A DNA stretch of 64,000 bases from Candidatus Multivoradales bacterium (GTDB taxonomy: Bacteria > Acidobacteriota > Thermoanaerobaculia > Multivoradales > JAHEKO01). The notes beneath the pieces are model-generated. The model was not told where the DNA came from and searched no databases. It was given only the letters and a program-made list of their open reading frames with translations. This document shows positions 8,082 through 20,949 of the stretch, in pieces; position 1 is the stretch's first letter; each line of letters begins with the position of its first letter. A program made the translations under genes and the position numbers. The stretch is taken from positions 64,001-128,000 of the forward strand of contig CBDCXM010000003.1 in the NCBI GenBank assembly GCA_965223855.1, read 5' to 3'.

Positions 8082-10079
8082 ATGAACGCGACGACAGCAA
8101 GGTTGTGCAGCTCGCCCGCCGAACGCCGCTCCGGCGCTCGGTGGAGCGTTGTCTGGCGACGCCTCGCTCGACAGCCGTTCGCCTGGGCAGCAGGCCTGAT
8201 CGCCCTCGCGGCCGCGCCGCTCGCCGCAGAGAGCCCGTCGACCGCTCCCGCCAGCGGCGCCTCCCTTCCCGGAAGTGCGCTCGCGACCACCGGATACGTC
8301 CGCGGGCAGGTCCGGGTGGAGAGCGCTCCACTGCCCGGCAGTCAGGTCTACGCGTACCAGCTCGCCGATCTGTCGCTGCGCAAGGTCGCGGCGGATCAGG
8401 ACGGGCGTTTCTCTTTCGAGTCGCTCCCCGCCGGCCTCTACAAGATCGTCGCTTTCAAGCCCGGCTTCATCCCGGGAGTCGCCCTCCTGACTCGCGCGAG
8501 TTCGGATGCGGCGCAGTTCCTCGAGATGGAGCTGCGCGGCCGCGACAACGCGGCGGACTCTTCGACCGACTTCTGGTCGGTGCGTAAGCAGATCCCGACC
8601 GACGTGCTGCGCGACATCGATCTCGCCTCGGCCGTCTACGAGGGAGATCCGGTGCTGCCGCGAGTCGATCGTCTCTCCGCACAGATGAGGACGGTCACGG
8701 GTGTCGATTCGCTGGCGACCGCGGGAGGCGCGCAGCTCAAGGGCGGGCACGTCGCGGTCGAAGGTGAGATCGACGACATCAACGTCGGTGTCGAAGGGCG
8801 CTTCGTCGCGCTGGAATCGACCTCCGGCCTCCAGACGATGGCCGGCGGCCACTCGCAGGCCGTTTCGGTCGATGTGAGCGGAGTCGGGGAGCACCGCATC
8901 CAGGTGACCTCGATCGACAACCGGCTGCGGACGGCGCCGACCGAGGACGGGCGGATCGGGCTGGCGAGCCATCGCCTCGCCTGGTCGCGCGACGTCGGAG
9001 AAGACGGCGAAGCACGGGCAGCGGCCTGGTACACCGAGGAGAACAACTTCCTCGCCGGAGCGGGCAACGCCTCGCTCCTCGAGCTGCCGAGCGCCAGCCG
9101 CACCTGGAATCTCGAAGGCAACTACACCACGCGGATCGGCGAACGCTCACGGCTCGAAGCCGGCGTCTATTACCGCGACCGCGACCTCAATCTCGCCGAC
9201 TCGGAATGGCTCGATCACCTTCCGCAGGAGCGGGTCGAGGTGTTCGGCCGCGCCGGTACTTCGGTTCATCCCTCGGTCCTCGTCGAGTACGGGGTCTACT
9301 CGACCCTGCGAGACGGCTCGGTGTCGCTCATGCCTCAGGGCGGCGTGGTGGTGCAGCTCAACGACTCCTGGCGGGCCGCTACTTCGGCCAGCCTCAAGAT
9401 GCACGACGACCCGATCGAGGCGCGGCGCCTGAACGACTTTCACACCGGCTACTTCCGCGACTACGCCTCCTGCGAACGCGCGGCTGCCGAGTGCTACCAG
9501 CTCGTACTGTCGAAGTTCGAGGATCGGCAGGAGAAGCTCTCGATCTCGGCGATCCATCGCCGGTTCGACGAGTCCCTGCGCCTCCACTTCGACGAGAATT
9601 TTTTCAATTATCACGAGAACCTGCAGTTGGTTCATGGGGACGCCGTACCCGAGCTGCAGTTCGCGATGACCCAGCGGCTCTCACCGACGATCCGGACGCG
9701 CCTGCAGTCCAATCTCGGCGAGGGCGGCGGGGGTACCCTCGTGCTGGCGGACGGCGACCACCCCTACGAGAACAACGTCCGCTACATGGTTACTTCGGTC
9801 GATACCCAGTTCGAGCAGTCGGCGACCGGTGTCTTTGTCGCCTTCCACCACCTCGAACAGGATCTCGAGCCGCTCCAGGAGGAAGAGCGCCTCGAACTGA
9901 TGGACCTGCAGCGACTCCAGCTCATGCTGACCCAGGATCTGGGTATCCTGAGCACGCTCGCTTCCAACTGGGCCGTTCAGCTCAACATGGAAGTGTCGCG
10001 CGGCACCCTGCCCGACAGCGAAGCGGATCTCGACGAGCTCCGCAGTCGCGTCACGGGTGGGCTCGCTGTCAAGTTCTGA
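8082..10079 (+). CDS. Exported protein: carboxypeptidase-regulatory-like domain plus putative C-terminal outer-membrane barrel
   Basis: Hydrophobic signal-like segment; GYVRGQV...DQDGRFSFESLPAGLYKIVAFKPGF motif; C-terminal GGLAVKF. Confidence 0.65.
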   Translation: MNATTARLCSSPAERRSGARWSVVWRRLARQPFAWAAGLIALAAAPLAAESPSTAPASGASLPGSALATTGYVRGQVRVESAPLPGSQVYAYQLADLSLRKVAADQDGRFSFESLPAGLYKIVAFKPGFIPGVALLTRASSDAAQFLEMELRGRDNAADSSTDFWSVRKQIPTDVLRDIDLASAVYEGDPVLPRVDRLSAQMRTVTGVDSLATAGGAQLKGGHVAVEGEIDDINVGVEGRFVALESTSGLQTMAGGHSQAVSVDVSGVGEHRIQVTSIDNRLRTAPTEDGRIGLASHRLAWSRDVGEDGEARAAAWYTEENNFLAGAGNASLLELPSASRTWNLEGNYTTRIGERSRLEAGVYYRDRDLNLADSEWLDHLPQERVEVFGRAGTSVHPSVLVEYGVYSTLRDGSVSLMPQGGVVVQLNDSWRAATSASLKMHDDPIEARRLNDFHTGYFRDYASCERAAAECYQLVLSKFEDRQEKLSISAIHRRFDESLRLHFDENFFNYHENLQLVHGDAVPELQFAMTQRLSPTIRTRLQSNLGEGGGGTLVLADGDHPYENNVRYMVTSVDTQFEQSATGVFVAFHHLEQDLEPLQEEERLELMDLQRLQLMLTQDLGILSTLASNWAVQLNMEVSRGTLPDSEADLDELRSRVTGGLAVKF

Positions 10080-10088
10080 ACCAGCTCG

Positions 10089-10331
10089 CCGCTGACGGCG
10101 AGCCGGTTCAGGTGTCGCCTGCTCAGGGCGAGAACGCGCTGAGCAGGCAGACAGCTGAATCAGAGCAATCCGCTCGCGGCGAGCTGATTCAGGTGTCGCT
10201 GGTTCAGGGCGAGAATGCCCTGAGCAAGCAGGCAGCTGAGTCAGAGCAAACCGCTGGCGGCGAGCGGAATCAGGCGCCGCTGGCTCAGAGCGGACACACC
10301 CTGTGCAGGCGGCCGGCCGAACGGGCGACTT
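10089..10331. repeat. Degenerate 81-bp tandem repeat, about 3 units
   Basis: Units start at 10089, 10170 and 10251 (CCGCTnnCGGCGAGC...TCAGGYG...). Confidence 0.85.
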
Positions 10332-10470
10332 CGGCGAGCCTGGAGCCCGTCGCGAAGGCCGTCATGCAGACGGTTGAATCCAATCGGCTCTCGTGAATCC
10401 AAATTTCTGGATAGTTGTGCTAAATTCCCTTCAAATCATGGCTTTTCGGCCCCTTCAATGCGCTGATTCG

Positions 10471-10486
10471 TGGCACGAATCGTGCG
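10471..10486 (+). promoter_or_regulatory. Sigma54 (-24/-12) promoter
   Basis: TGGCACGAATCGTGCG has exact GG-N10-GC spacing and a TGGCACG match; preceded by an AT-rich tract; upstream of an operon encoding a sigma54 activator. Confidence 0.75.
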
Positions 10487-10511
10487 AATGTTTCTCATGG
10501 AGTCGTCCGTG

Positions 10512-13276
10512 ATGCCGCATCGCCCCAGTCGCCATCTGTTCCTCGTCGTCGCCGTCCTGGCGGCGATCGGTGTGGCGCTTCTGGGAGCCGCCAGTCTCTA
10601 CCGCAACGTCGGCAGCTTCCAGCAGCTCGGCTTCGAGCCCGAGGCGGCCGGCGGCACGTGGGCGGTCGCCGCGGTGTCGGCTGAATCTACGGGCCTGCTC
10701 GAGGGCGATCAGATCGTCCTCGTCAACGGTTCCGAAGCGCCGACACGCGAGGCGCTCGTGCGGGCGCTGCGGGAGCGGCCGCAGAGCGAGCTCCTGATCG
10801 AGCGCGCCGGCATTCCTGCTCAGGTGCGCTACGAGCGGCCGGGGCTCGCGATCGACTGGCAGTACCTGCTCCTCGCCGTCATCGGCATCGGCTACCTGTT
10901 CATCGGCTTCTACACCCTGCTGCGCGATCGCGAGCGTGCGGGAAGGCTCTTCTACCTCTGGTGCCTCGTCTCCGGCCTCGTTTACGTCGCCTCCGCCCAG
11001 CCGCCGTTCGACACGGTCGGCAAGTGGATCTACATCTCCGAGGAGCTCGGGCGCATCCTGCTCGCCCCGCTGACGCTCCATCTGTTCCTCATCTTCCCGC
11101 GACCGCTGCCGAGTCTCGAGAAGCGGCTCGGCTGGATTCCGTTCCTTTACCTGCCCGCGGCATTCCTGTTGCTCGCCCAGGCCGACCTGATCCTCCTCGG
11201 CGGCCGCGTACTCTCGGGCGGCAACGTCGCCGGCGGTACCAGGCTGCTCGACCAGCTCGTGCTGTTCCAGCTGGCCGGCTTCGCCCTCGCGTCGGCCGCG
11301 GTGCTCTTCACCCGGCTGCGGCGCGGACGGGACTCCGAGCCGCTGCGGCAGTCGATCTGGATTGCGATCGGCCTTCTGGCCGGCTACCTGCCGTTCGTCA
11401 CCCTCTACCTGGTGCCACGCTCATTGGACCTCCAGTGGCCGCCCTACCTGACGACCGCTGCGGTGGCACCGCTGGCGCTGGTACCGCTGACCTTCGCCTA
11501 CTCGATCCTGCGCTACAAGCTGTGGGACATCGGCATCGTGGTGCGCGACACCCTGTCGCTGGCAACGACCATCCTGATCGGCGTGCTCGGCTTCTCGCTC
11601 GTCAATCTGGCGGTCGATCGCGCCGTACCGGAGACGGTCGAGCTCGGCCGCACGCTTCTCTCTTTCACCTCGGGTCTGATGATCGCCGGCCTGATGATCC
11701 CCACCCGCCGACGCATCGGCGCGTCACTCGAGAGGCTCCAGTACGGGGGTGCCTTCCGACGCCGCAGGGGACTCGTCGAGTTCGGCCGCGAGATGCTCGA
11801 GGAGAGAGATCTCGAGCGGTTGTCGAGTGCCCTGCTGGGCGAGCTGACGGCAACCTTCGACCTGGCGCGCGCCAACCTCTACCTCGGGACGAGCGAACGT
11901 CTGAGCGCGCAGCGCCACGAAACCGGCGTGCCGGAGGAGCTGTCGCGTGAGGTCTTCGACGACGCCTTCTGGGGCAGCGACGTCCGCAGCCTCTCGGGAG
12001 TCAGTCTCAGCTCGGAGGCGGCGCCGACCCTCGAGCTCTACTCCGCCGGTTACCGCTATGCCTTCCCGCTGACCTCGCGGCAGCGACCGATCGGGTTGCT
12101 GGTTGTCGGTTACAAGCGGGGCGAGAACGCGCTGTCGAGCGACGACATCGACCTGGTGCGGAATCTGCTCAACCAGGTCTCTCTGGCGATCGACAACGCC
12201 CGTCTGCTCGGCCGCGTTCAGGAGCAGCTGGCGGTCGTTTCGAACCTGCAGGAGACCACCGAGGAGATTCTCGAGTCGTCCCCCGCCGGCATCGCGCTGG
12301 TCGACGGCCACGGCACCGTCGAACGCGCCAACGCCGCTCTCGCCAACCTGCTCGGCGAAGAGCCGAGCGAGCTGACCGGCCGCTCCCTCGCAGCACTCCT
12401 CGGTGAGACCGGCCTCCCCCGCCCCGACGACGGCCTTCGCGAGCTTCGCTGGACCGACGCCGAAGGGGGTGAGCACTATCTCCAGGTGAGCGTCGCTCCG
12501 GTCGCAACCGACCGACAGGGCGCCTCGGTCGTGATGGTCAACGACGTCACCCGCCGGGTGGCGATCGAGAACGCTCTCAAGGAGCAGGAACGACTCGCCT
12601 CTCTCGGCATGCTGGCGGCGGGCGTGGCCCACGAGGTCAACACTCCGATCACCGGCATCTCGAGTTACGCTCAGATGCTGCTCGCGAACACCCCGGAAGA
12701 CGACCCACGCCGCGACCTGCTGCAGAAGGTCGAGCGCCAGACGTTCCGCGCCTCGCGGATCGTCAACAACCTGCTCGAGTTCTCGCGCGACCGGCCGCGC
12801 AAGCCGCGGCCGGTGTCGCTCAACTTCATCGTCGAGGAGTGCCTCGACCTGCTCAAGGAGCGGATCCGGGAGAACGAGGTCGAGGTCGCGTTCACCGCAC
12901 CGGAGACAGAGATCACGGTATCGGGCAACGACGGCGAGCTGCTGCAGGTCTTCACCAACCTGGTCGTCAACGCCACCGACGCGATGAAGGACGGCGGTCG
13001 CCTGGCCGTGAGCTTCGATCTCTCCCACCCGGAGAAGGTGATCGTCGCGGTCGCCGACACCGGCGGCGGCATCCCGGCCGACAAACTCGACCAGATCTTC
13101 CAGCCGTTCTTCTCGACCAAGCTGCACGAGGGCGGCACCGGGCTCGGCCTCTCGATCAGCTACAACATCGTCCAGCGCCACGGCGGCAGCCTGCGGGTGT
13201 CGTCCGCCCCCGGTGAGGGCAGCACCTTCTTCGTCGAACTCCCGACTCAGCAGGAAACACTGACCGCCGGCGACTG

Positions 13277-13277
<1 letters not shown>
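10512..13277 (+). CDS. Membrane sensor histidine kinase (PDZ-like, multi-TM, GAF, PAS, HisKA, HATPase)
   Basis: GLLEGDQIVLVNG PDZ-like motif, many TM segments, AIDNARL GAF end, LAAGVAHEVNTP H-box, NLVVNA, DTGGGI, FQPFFSTK and GTGLGL; start 10497/10509/10512 uncertain. Confidence 0.92.
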
Positions 13278-14656
<1,379 letters not shown>

Positions 14657-14887
14657 AGCGAGACCGGGAGCGACTGTCCCCCGGCCACCCAGGCGCGGAG
14701 ATCGCATCCTGCGAAGCGTCGGAATCCCACTGCGGCCGCCCGGCCCGACGCGCCCGACCCCTGGTCCGTACCTATCTACCGACGCCACGCGCCACCGAGG
14801 CCTGGTGCCGGCCCCGGCCCGACGCACCCGGCCTGTCGGCGACGAACCGGAGGTACCCCTTGACGCCTGCGATATCGTTATCTCCTG

Positions 14888-15949
14888 ATGTTCGAGCAGC
14901 TCTCCGAGCTCGAGAAGAGCCACGCCGAACTGACCGAGGCGCTTGCCGACCCCGCTCTGCTGGCGGACATGGATGCGTACCGGCGGACTTCGAAGAAGCT
15001 GGCCGAGATCGGCCGCACGGTCGAGCTGTATCGGGAGTTCCGCGAGGTGACGACCCAGCGCGACGAGACGAAGGAGATGCTCGACGATCTCGACGCGGGC
15101 GACGAGCTGGCGACGATGGCCGAAGAGGAGCTCGCGACACTCGAAGCCCGGGCCATCGACCTCGAGGAGAAGCTCAAGGTCGAGCTCATGCCGAAGGACC
15201 CGAACGACGATCGCAACGTCGTGCTCGAGATACGGGCGGGAACCGGGGGCGACGAGGCGAGTCTCTTCGCGGCCGAGCTGTTCCGTATGTACTCCCGCTA
15301 CGCCGAGAGCCGGAAATGGAAGGTCGAGATCATCGATCTGTCGGAGTCGGGGGTCAACGGCGTCAAGGAGGTCTCGGCGATCATCGAGGGCGCCGGCGCC
15401 TACAGCCGGATGAAGTACGAGGCCGGCGTCCATCGCGTTCAGCGCGTCCCGGAGACCGAGGCTTCCGGCAGGATCCACACCTCAGCGGTGACCGTCGCCG
15501 TCCTCCCGGAGGCGGAGGAGGTCGAAGTCGAGATCGAGGAGAAGGATCTTCGAATCGACCGCTTCTGCTCGTCGGGGCCCGGCGGCCAGGGAGTCAATAC
15601 CACCTATTCGGCGGTGCGGATCACTCATCTTCCGACCGGCCTCGTCGTCTCCTGTCAGGACGAGCGCTCGCAGATCAAGAACCGGGCGAAGGCGATGCGC
15701 GTGCTCAAGTCGCGGCTGCTCGAGATCGAGCGCGAGAAAGCCGACTCGGAGCTCGGCGCCGAGCGACGCAAGATGGTCGGCTCGGGCGACCGGTCGGAGA
15801 AGATCCGCACCTACAACTTCCGCGAGAACAGGGTGACCGACCACCGCATCTCGCTGACGATCCACCGCCTGCCCGAGATCCTCGAAGGCGACCTCGATCC
15901 GCTGATCGACCCGCTCGCCACCCACGATCAGGCGGAGCGGCTGAAGTAA
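14888..15949 (+). CDS. prfA: Peptide chain release factor 1
   Basis: [21 protein letters not shown] (PxT), GGQ motif and RTYNF. Confidence 0.97.
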   Translation: MFEQLSELEKSHAELTEALADPALLADMDAYRRTSKKLAEIGRTVELYREFREVTTQRDETKEMLDDLDAGDELATMAEEELATLEARAIDLEEKLKVELMPKDPNDDRNVVLEIRAGTGGDEASLFAAELFRMYSRYAESRKWKVEIIDLSESGVNGVKEVSAIIEGAGAYSRMKYEAGVHRVQRVPETEASGRIHTSAVTVAVLPEAEEVEVEIEEKDLRIDRFCSSGPGGQGVNTTYSAVRITHLPTGLVVSCQDERSQIKNRAKAMRVLKSRLLEIEREKADSELGAERRKMVGSGDRSEKIRTYNFRENRVTDHRISLTIHRLPEILEGDLDPLIDPLATHDQAERLK

Positions 15950-15984
15950 GCCTCCGAGCAGGCGACCACCTGATCGTTAGAGCC

Positions 15985-18900
15985 TTGCGCGACCTCGCCC
16001 TCCTGCTGCTCACGCTGATCCCGGCGCAGGCAGGGCTCGCGCAGGAGACGGCGGGCACCATCCCGATTCACGGCACGGTTTCCGGCGAAGCCGCCGAGGG
16101 AGTCCCGGTGGCGATCTTCCGGATCGAGGAGTCGTTCGCCGAGGCCGTGCGACAGCTAGAGGGGGCGCCCCTCGAAGCGGCGGCGACCGCCGTCACGGAC
16201 AGCGGCGGCGCCTTCACGATTCGTGCCCCCGAACCGGGCTTCTGGCGGGTCGAGGTCGGCGGCACCGACCATGCGATGAAGAGCTACTCGTTCCGCAGCG
16301 AGCCGCTCCTCCAGGCGGCTCAGCTTCCGCCGGTCGAGCTCAAGCCCGCAGTCGCCACTCGAATCGTCGTCACCGCCCCGGACGGCTCGCCGATCGCCGG
16401 CGCCTGGGTGACGGCGACGCCCAGGGACGAACCGCCGAGGAGCACGAGAGACATCGGCTGGCGGGCGGAGCTCCTCGCAGTGCGAACCTCCGACGACGGT
16501 ACGACGGTTCTGCGACTCGCCGCCGACACCGACTACGAGATCGAGGCCGGCAGCGGGGAGTTCGGCGAGAGTCGCGAAATCGTCGCCTCCGCGGGCGACT
16601 CCGTGGCGGTAGCCCTGCCGTCTCCTGTGGTGCGGTCGCTCCAGGTCGTCGACGCCGCCGGCCGTCCGCTCGCCGCGGTGCCTGTCTGCGTCGGCGGCTG
16701 GAGCCGACCGGCGACGCTCGAGACCGATGGCGAAGGCCGAGTCGCGCTGCCGGGAGGCGAGAGCGAAGCGGAGGCCTACCTGGTGATGACCGATGGAAGG
16801 CGGGTGCGGGTGCGGCTGACCGGCGACGAGGGCACGCTCGGCCGGGAGCACTCTTTCGTCGTCCCCGAGCCGCTCGTCGTCGAGGGGCGAGTGCTCGATG
16901 CCGAGGATCGCAGGCCGATCGCCGCCGCCTGGGTCTACAGACTGCGGGGTCCGCTCTACTCGGCGATCACCGACGGTTCGGGCGCCTTCCGCATGCCGGT
17001 CACCCCCGCCAGCGTCGCCCCGATCGCCGCGGCCGCCCGCGACCGATTGCCCGCCTTCGACGAGCCGAGGGAAGGGGTCGAGCTCGCTCTGCTGCTGGAG
17101 CCGACGGCATCGATCGCCGGGCATGTCGTGGACCCGGCCGGCGATCCTGCGGTCGGTGCGACCGTTCTCGCCGCCCCTCACGTCGACAGCCTTCGGGCGC
17201 TGCGAACGGCGTTCCGCGGGACAATCCGGCACGCTTCGACCGACGGTGACGGCCGCTTTGTCCTCGATCGGCTGCCGACGGGGAGCGCCTACCGGGTCAG
17301 CGCCCGACTCGAGGGCTACGCGCCGGCCGAGGCGATCGTCGCCGACGTCGCGGAGACCTCCGCCGACGGCCCGCTCGTGCTGCGATTGGGTGCCGGCACC
17401 ACCGTCGTCGGCGTTGTCGTCGACGGTCGATCGAGGCCCGTAGGCGGAGCCGCGATCCGACTCGCGGAGGAAGTCGATCCCTCGACGGCTCAGCTGACGA
17501 GGTTCCGGCGCAACTTCGCACCGCCCGCCCCGGAGACGCGAAGCGACTCCGAAGGGACCTTCAGATTCGAGGCAGTGCCGGCGGGGCGTTTCCTCCTCGA
17601 GATCGAGTCTTCCGGCTACGCGCCGCAGGCGGTGCCGGCCTTCGACGTCGCCGAGGGGAGTCGCGAAGTCGATGTCGGCCTCGTCGTCCTCGAACCTGGC
17701 AGCACCCTCGAGGGGGTGGTGCTCGACGGCGACGGTGTGCCGATCGCCGGCGCGACGGTCGGCTACGAGAAGACCCAGGCGGGCTTCTCGTACTTCGTCG
17801 ACAACCGGAGCGTGACGACCGGCGCGGACGGCTCGTTTCGCATCGTCGATCGACGCGAAGGGGAGATGCTGGACCTCGAGGTGGAGCAGGCGGGGTTCGT
17901 CGAGCTCAACCTGCCGCGCGTCGTCGTGCCGACCCTCGGTGGGCTCGAGATCCGCCTCGAGCACGGAGCGGCCCTCGAGGGACGCGTCGTCGGCGCCGGC
18001 TCGGGACCGGTCGCCGGTGCGTCGGTGCTCGTCACCAGAGATTCCGGCGGCACCGGCAGCAGCTCCGGCTTCATGCCGCTCGGCAGCGGGACCACGGACG
18101 AGGACGGTCGTTTCAGGATCGAGGATCTCGAGCCGACGGTGGCGCGGATCAGCGTCACCGCGAGGGGCTGGCTGAAGATGGAGCGCGGGGAGATCGAGCT
18201 CGAGGTGGGGGACGACCCGACCCAGGTCGAGCTCGAGCTCGAGCGCGGCGCCACCGTAGAGGGACGGGTGCTGCTTGCGGACGGCACGCCGGCCGCCGGC
18301 GCCGAGGTGCGAGCTGTCGACAGTGCAGATCGGAGGCGCTTCCGGCGGCAACAGCCGGCGACGGTCAGCGGCGACGGCAGCTACATCCTGGAGGGTGTCG
18401 AGCCGGGATCGCGCCTGATCACGGTGCAGCTCCCGGACGGCCCTCGGGTCTCGGAGGAGCTGGAGGTCGAGCCAGGCATCAACACACTCGACCTCGTCCT
18501 GCCGGCGGGGGTCGAAGTGTCGGGGCGGGTCCTCGACGAGGACGGCGCCGCCGTCGAGGGCGCCCTCGTGTCGCTGCGCGAAGGCGGTAGCTTCTCCGGC
18601 AACTTCACCGCACGCTCGGGCAGCGACGGCGCCGTCGTCCTCGCTTCGGTGCAGCCGGGTCGCTACGCCGTAACGGCGGAGCATGCCGACCTCGCTGCGA
18701 CCACCCTCCCCGAGCCGATCGAGGTGACCGACGCTCCAATCCTCGGTCTCGAGATCCGCCTGACGTCGGGCTCCCTCGTCACGGGACGCGTCCTCGGCCT
18801 CGCCGCCGAGGAGCTCGTCGGAACGGAAGTGGTCGCCTGGCGCCAGTCCGGAGGGCTCTGGAAGCAGGGCTCAGTCGACTCCGAGGGCGGCTTCCGCCTC

Positions 18901-20073
18901 GGGCCGCTGGAGGCGGGATCGTGGTCCGTCAGCGTCCGGACGCTCGGCGGACGGGCGCTCGAGGAGTCGCTCGAGATCCTCCCGGGTGAGCGCAACACCA
19001 CCATCGACCTCGACTTCGGCGACAAGGAGGGGCTGACGGTCACCGGGCTCGTGCTCGCCGGCGGCACGCCGCTCGCCGGCGCGTTCGTGCTGCTCAACGG
19101 CATCGACTCGTCGCAGGGTGGAACGTCTCAGACCGACCACGAGGGCCGCTTCACGGTCCGCGACCTGCCCGGCGGGAACTACCGTCTCACCGTGCGCGGC
19201 TTCGAGAGGGGGGTCAGCCACACCGAGGAGATCGAGCTGCTGCGCGACGACTTCGTGACGATCGAGATCGACGGCAGCGAGGTCGCCGGCTCGGTCGTGG
19301 ACGCCGCCACCGGAGAACCGCTCGGAGGCACCGACCTGCAGCTCGAACTCACCGGCAGCGACCCGGACAACCCGTGGATGCGCGCGGGTAAGAGCGCGAC
19401 GACCGACTCTCAGGGGCGCTTCCGCATGGCCGACGTGCCGGCGGGGACCTACCGACTGAAGCTCTCTCGTGCCGGCTTCGCCACCTCAGCGATGGAGCTC
19501 GAGGTCGGGAGAGCCGACACCTCGGAGCTCGACCTGGCGCTCGATCCGGTTCAGGGGGTGCGCCTGCAGCTGCGCTTCCCCGGCGGCGCCACCGTCTCAC
19601 GCCTGCGCTACGCGGCGGTCGATGCGACGGGTCGGGGTGTGGCGGACGGCTCCGTGCAAGTGGCGAGCGACGGGCTTGCCAGCCTGACGACGCTGCCGGA
19701 CGGCGACTGGATCCTGGTGCTGGCCGCGAACGGTGCGGCGACCACGGAGCTCGACGTGCGCGCACCCGCCGCCGAGCCGATCGACGTCGCACTCGAGATA
19801 CCGGCCCGCTGGAGCGTTCGCGTGACGGAGCTCGTCGGCGACGCCTCGACGGTCGCCCGGGTCCGTCTCCGGACGCCGCAGGGCGTGCCGTTTCGCGATG
19901 TCCAGTCCGGGGGCGGGGTGCGGGATTCGACCCGCCTCTATGGAGGCGAGACCCACTTCGATGACCTCTCGCCGGGGCGATGGCTGGTGACGATCGAGAC
20001 CACCGACGATCGCCGCTGGGAGCGCAGCGTCACCCTCCAGCCGGGCGAGAACGAGTCGCTCGTCATCGACTGA
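15985..20073 (+). CDS. Large exported protein with many tandem carboxypeptidase-regulatory-like (beta-sandwich) repeats
   Basis: Signal peptide [19 protein letters not shown] from inferred TTG 15985; more than 10 units of GxV.D..G.P..GA.V...TD.DG.F....L..G.Y. Confidence 0.8.
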   Translation: MRDLALLLLTLIPAQAGLAQETAGTIPIHGTVSGEAAEGVPVAIFRIEESFAEAVRQLEGAPLEAAATAVTDSGGAFTIRAPEPGFWRVEVGGTDHAMKSYSFRSEPLLQAAQLPPVELKPAVATRIVVTAPDGSPIAGAWVTATPRDEPPRSTRDIGWRAELLAVRTSDDGTTVLRLAADTDYEIEAGSGEFGESREIVASAGDSVAVALPSPVVRSLQVVDAAGRPLAAVPVCVGGWSRPATLETDGEGRVALPGGESEAEAYLVMTDGRRVRVRLTGDEGTLGREHSFVVPEPLVVEGRVLDAEDRRPIAAAWVYRLRGPLYSAITDGSGAFRMPVTPASVAPIAAAARDRLPAFDEPREGVELALLLEPTASIAGHVVDPAGDPAVGATVLAAPHVDSLRALRTAFRGTIRHASTDGDGRFVLDRLPTGSAYRVSARLEGYAPAEAIVADVAETSADGPLVLRLGAGTTVVGVVVDGRSRPVGGAAIRLAEEVDPSTAQLTRFRRNFAPPAPETRSDSEGTFRFEAVPAGRFLLEIESSGYAPQAVPAFDVAEGSREVDVGLVVLEPGSTLEGVVLDGDGVPIAGATVGYEKTQAGFSYFVDNRSVTTGADGSFRIVDRREGEMLDLEVEQAGFVELNLPRVVVPTLGGLEIRLEHGAALEGRVVGAGSGPVAGASVLVTRDSGGTGSSSGFMPLGSGTTDEDGRFRIEDLEPTVARISVTARGWLKMERGEIELEVGDDPTQVELELERGATVEGRVLLADGTPAAGAEVRAVDSADRRRFRRQQPATVSGDGSYILEGVEPGSRLITVQLPDGPRVSEELEVEPGINTLDLVLPAGVEVSGRVLDEDGAAVEGALVSLREGGSFSGNFTARSGSDGAVVLASVQPGRYAVTAEHADLAATTLPEPIEVTDAPILGLEIRLTSGSLVTGRVLGLAAEELVGTEVVAWRQSGGLWKQGSVDSEGGFRLGPLEAGSWSVSVRTLGGRALEESLEILPGERNTTIDLDFGDKEGLTVTGLVLAGGTPLAGAFVLLNGIDSSQGGTSQTDHEGRFTVRDLPGGNYRLTVRGFERGVSHTEEIELLRDDFVTIEIDGSEVAGSVVDAATGEPLGGTDLQLELTGSDPDNPWMRAGKSATTDSQGRFRMADVPAGTYRLKLSRAGFATSAMELEVGRADTSELDLALDPVQGVRLQLRFPGGATVSRLRYAAVDATGRGVADGSVQVASDGLASLTTLPDGDWILVLAANGAATTELDVRAPAAEPIDVALEIPARWSVRVTELVGDASTVARVRLRTPQGVPFRDVQSGGGVRDSTRLYGGETHFDDLSPGRWLVTIETTDDRRWERSVTLQPGENESLVID

Positions 20074-20079
20074 TTCACC

Positions 20080-20949
20080 GTGCGAACCGTCGGCGAGATC
20101 CTGCGCGAGGGTCGGGATCAGTGGCAGGGACTCGACGGCGCGAGCGGCGAGGCGTTCGGCTCGAGGGAGGTCTCGCTGCTGCTCGCCCACCAGCTCGGGT
20201 GGACGGAAGCCCAGGTGCTGTCGCGGGACGACGTCGCGGTGGAGCCCGCGGTCGAACGACGCTACTTCCAGCACCTGGCGAGACGCCTCGCCGGCGAGCC
20301 GTTCGCCTATCTGGTCGGCGAGCGGGAGTTCTTCGGCCGCCGGTTCCGGGTCGACGGCCGGGCGCTCATCCCGCGACCGGAGACCGAGCACCTCGTCGAG
20401 GCGTGTCTCGGGCTCGATCTCCCGCCTCGAGCCCTCGTCGTCGACGTCGGCACCGGATCGGGCTGCATCGCCCTCACGCTGGCGCTCGAGCGCCCCTCCT
20501 GGAGGGTCGTGGCGCTCGACCGGTCGCCGGCCGCAGCGGTCGTCGCAGAAACCAACCGTCGCCGGATGGGGGCCACGGCCCTGGTCGGTGCCGGAGACCT
20601 CACCGGCGCGCTCCGTCCGGAAGCAATCGACCTTGTGGTGTCGAACCCTCCCTACGTGCCGCCGACCGACCGTCGGAAACTCTCGCGCGACATCCTCGAT
20701 CACGAGCCTCACGAGGCGCTCTTCGCCGCCGAGAACGGCCTTGCCGTGTATCGCCGCCTCTTCACCGAGCTCGGCGCGCTGCGCTCCGGCAGTGCCCTGG
20801 CACTGGAGGTCGGCGACGGCCAGGCGGAGGCGGTGACACGGCTCGGCACCCGGCTGGGATTCTCCTTCGAGGCGCCGATCCGCGACTTCTCCGGGGTCGA
20901 TCGAGTCGTGATAGGAAGAAGAGCCGCGGCGGTGGCCGCGCCTGGCTGA
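20080..20949 (+). CDS. prmC: Release factor glutamine methyltransferase
   Basis: [27 protein letters not shown] and NPPY motifs. Confidence 0.95.
   Translation: MRTVGEILREGRDQWQGLDGASGEAFGSREVSLLLAHQLGWTEAQVLSRDDVAVEPAVERRYFQHLARRLAGEPFAYLVGEREFFGRRFRVDGRALIPRPETEHLVEACLGLDLPPRALVVDVGTGSGCIALTLALERPSWRVVALDRSPAAAVVAETNRRRMGATALVGAGDLTGALRPEAIDLVVSNPPYVPPTDRRKLSRDILDHEPHEALFAAENGLAVYRRLFTELGALRSGSALALEVGDGQAEAVTRLGTRLGFSFEAPIRDFSGVDRVVIGRRAAAVAAPG

Noticed and set aside
10089-10331. Tandem repeats here and at 28275-28343 as CRISPR arrays
   Set aside because: Units are contiguous and degenerate with no unique spacers, and no cas genes are present
14860-15984. Apparent N-terminal extension of the 1737-aa ORF overlapping prfA (possible frameshift fusion)
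   Set aside because: Extension is low-complexity Arg-rich off-frame sequence; prfA ends normally with TAA and a signal peptide begins near 15985
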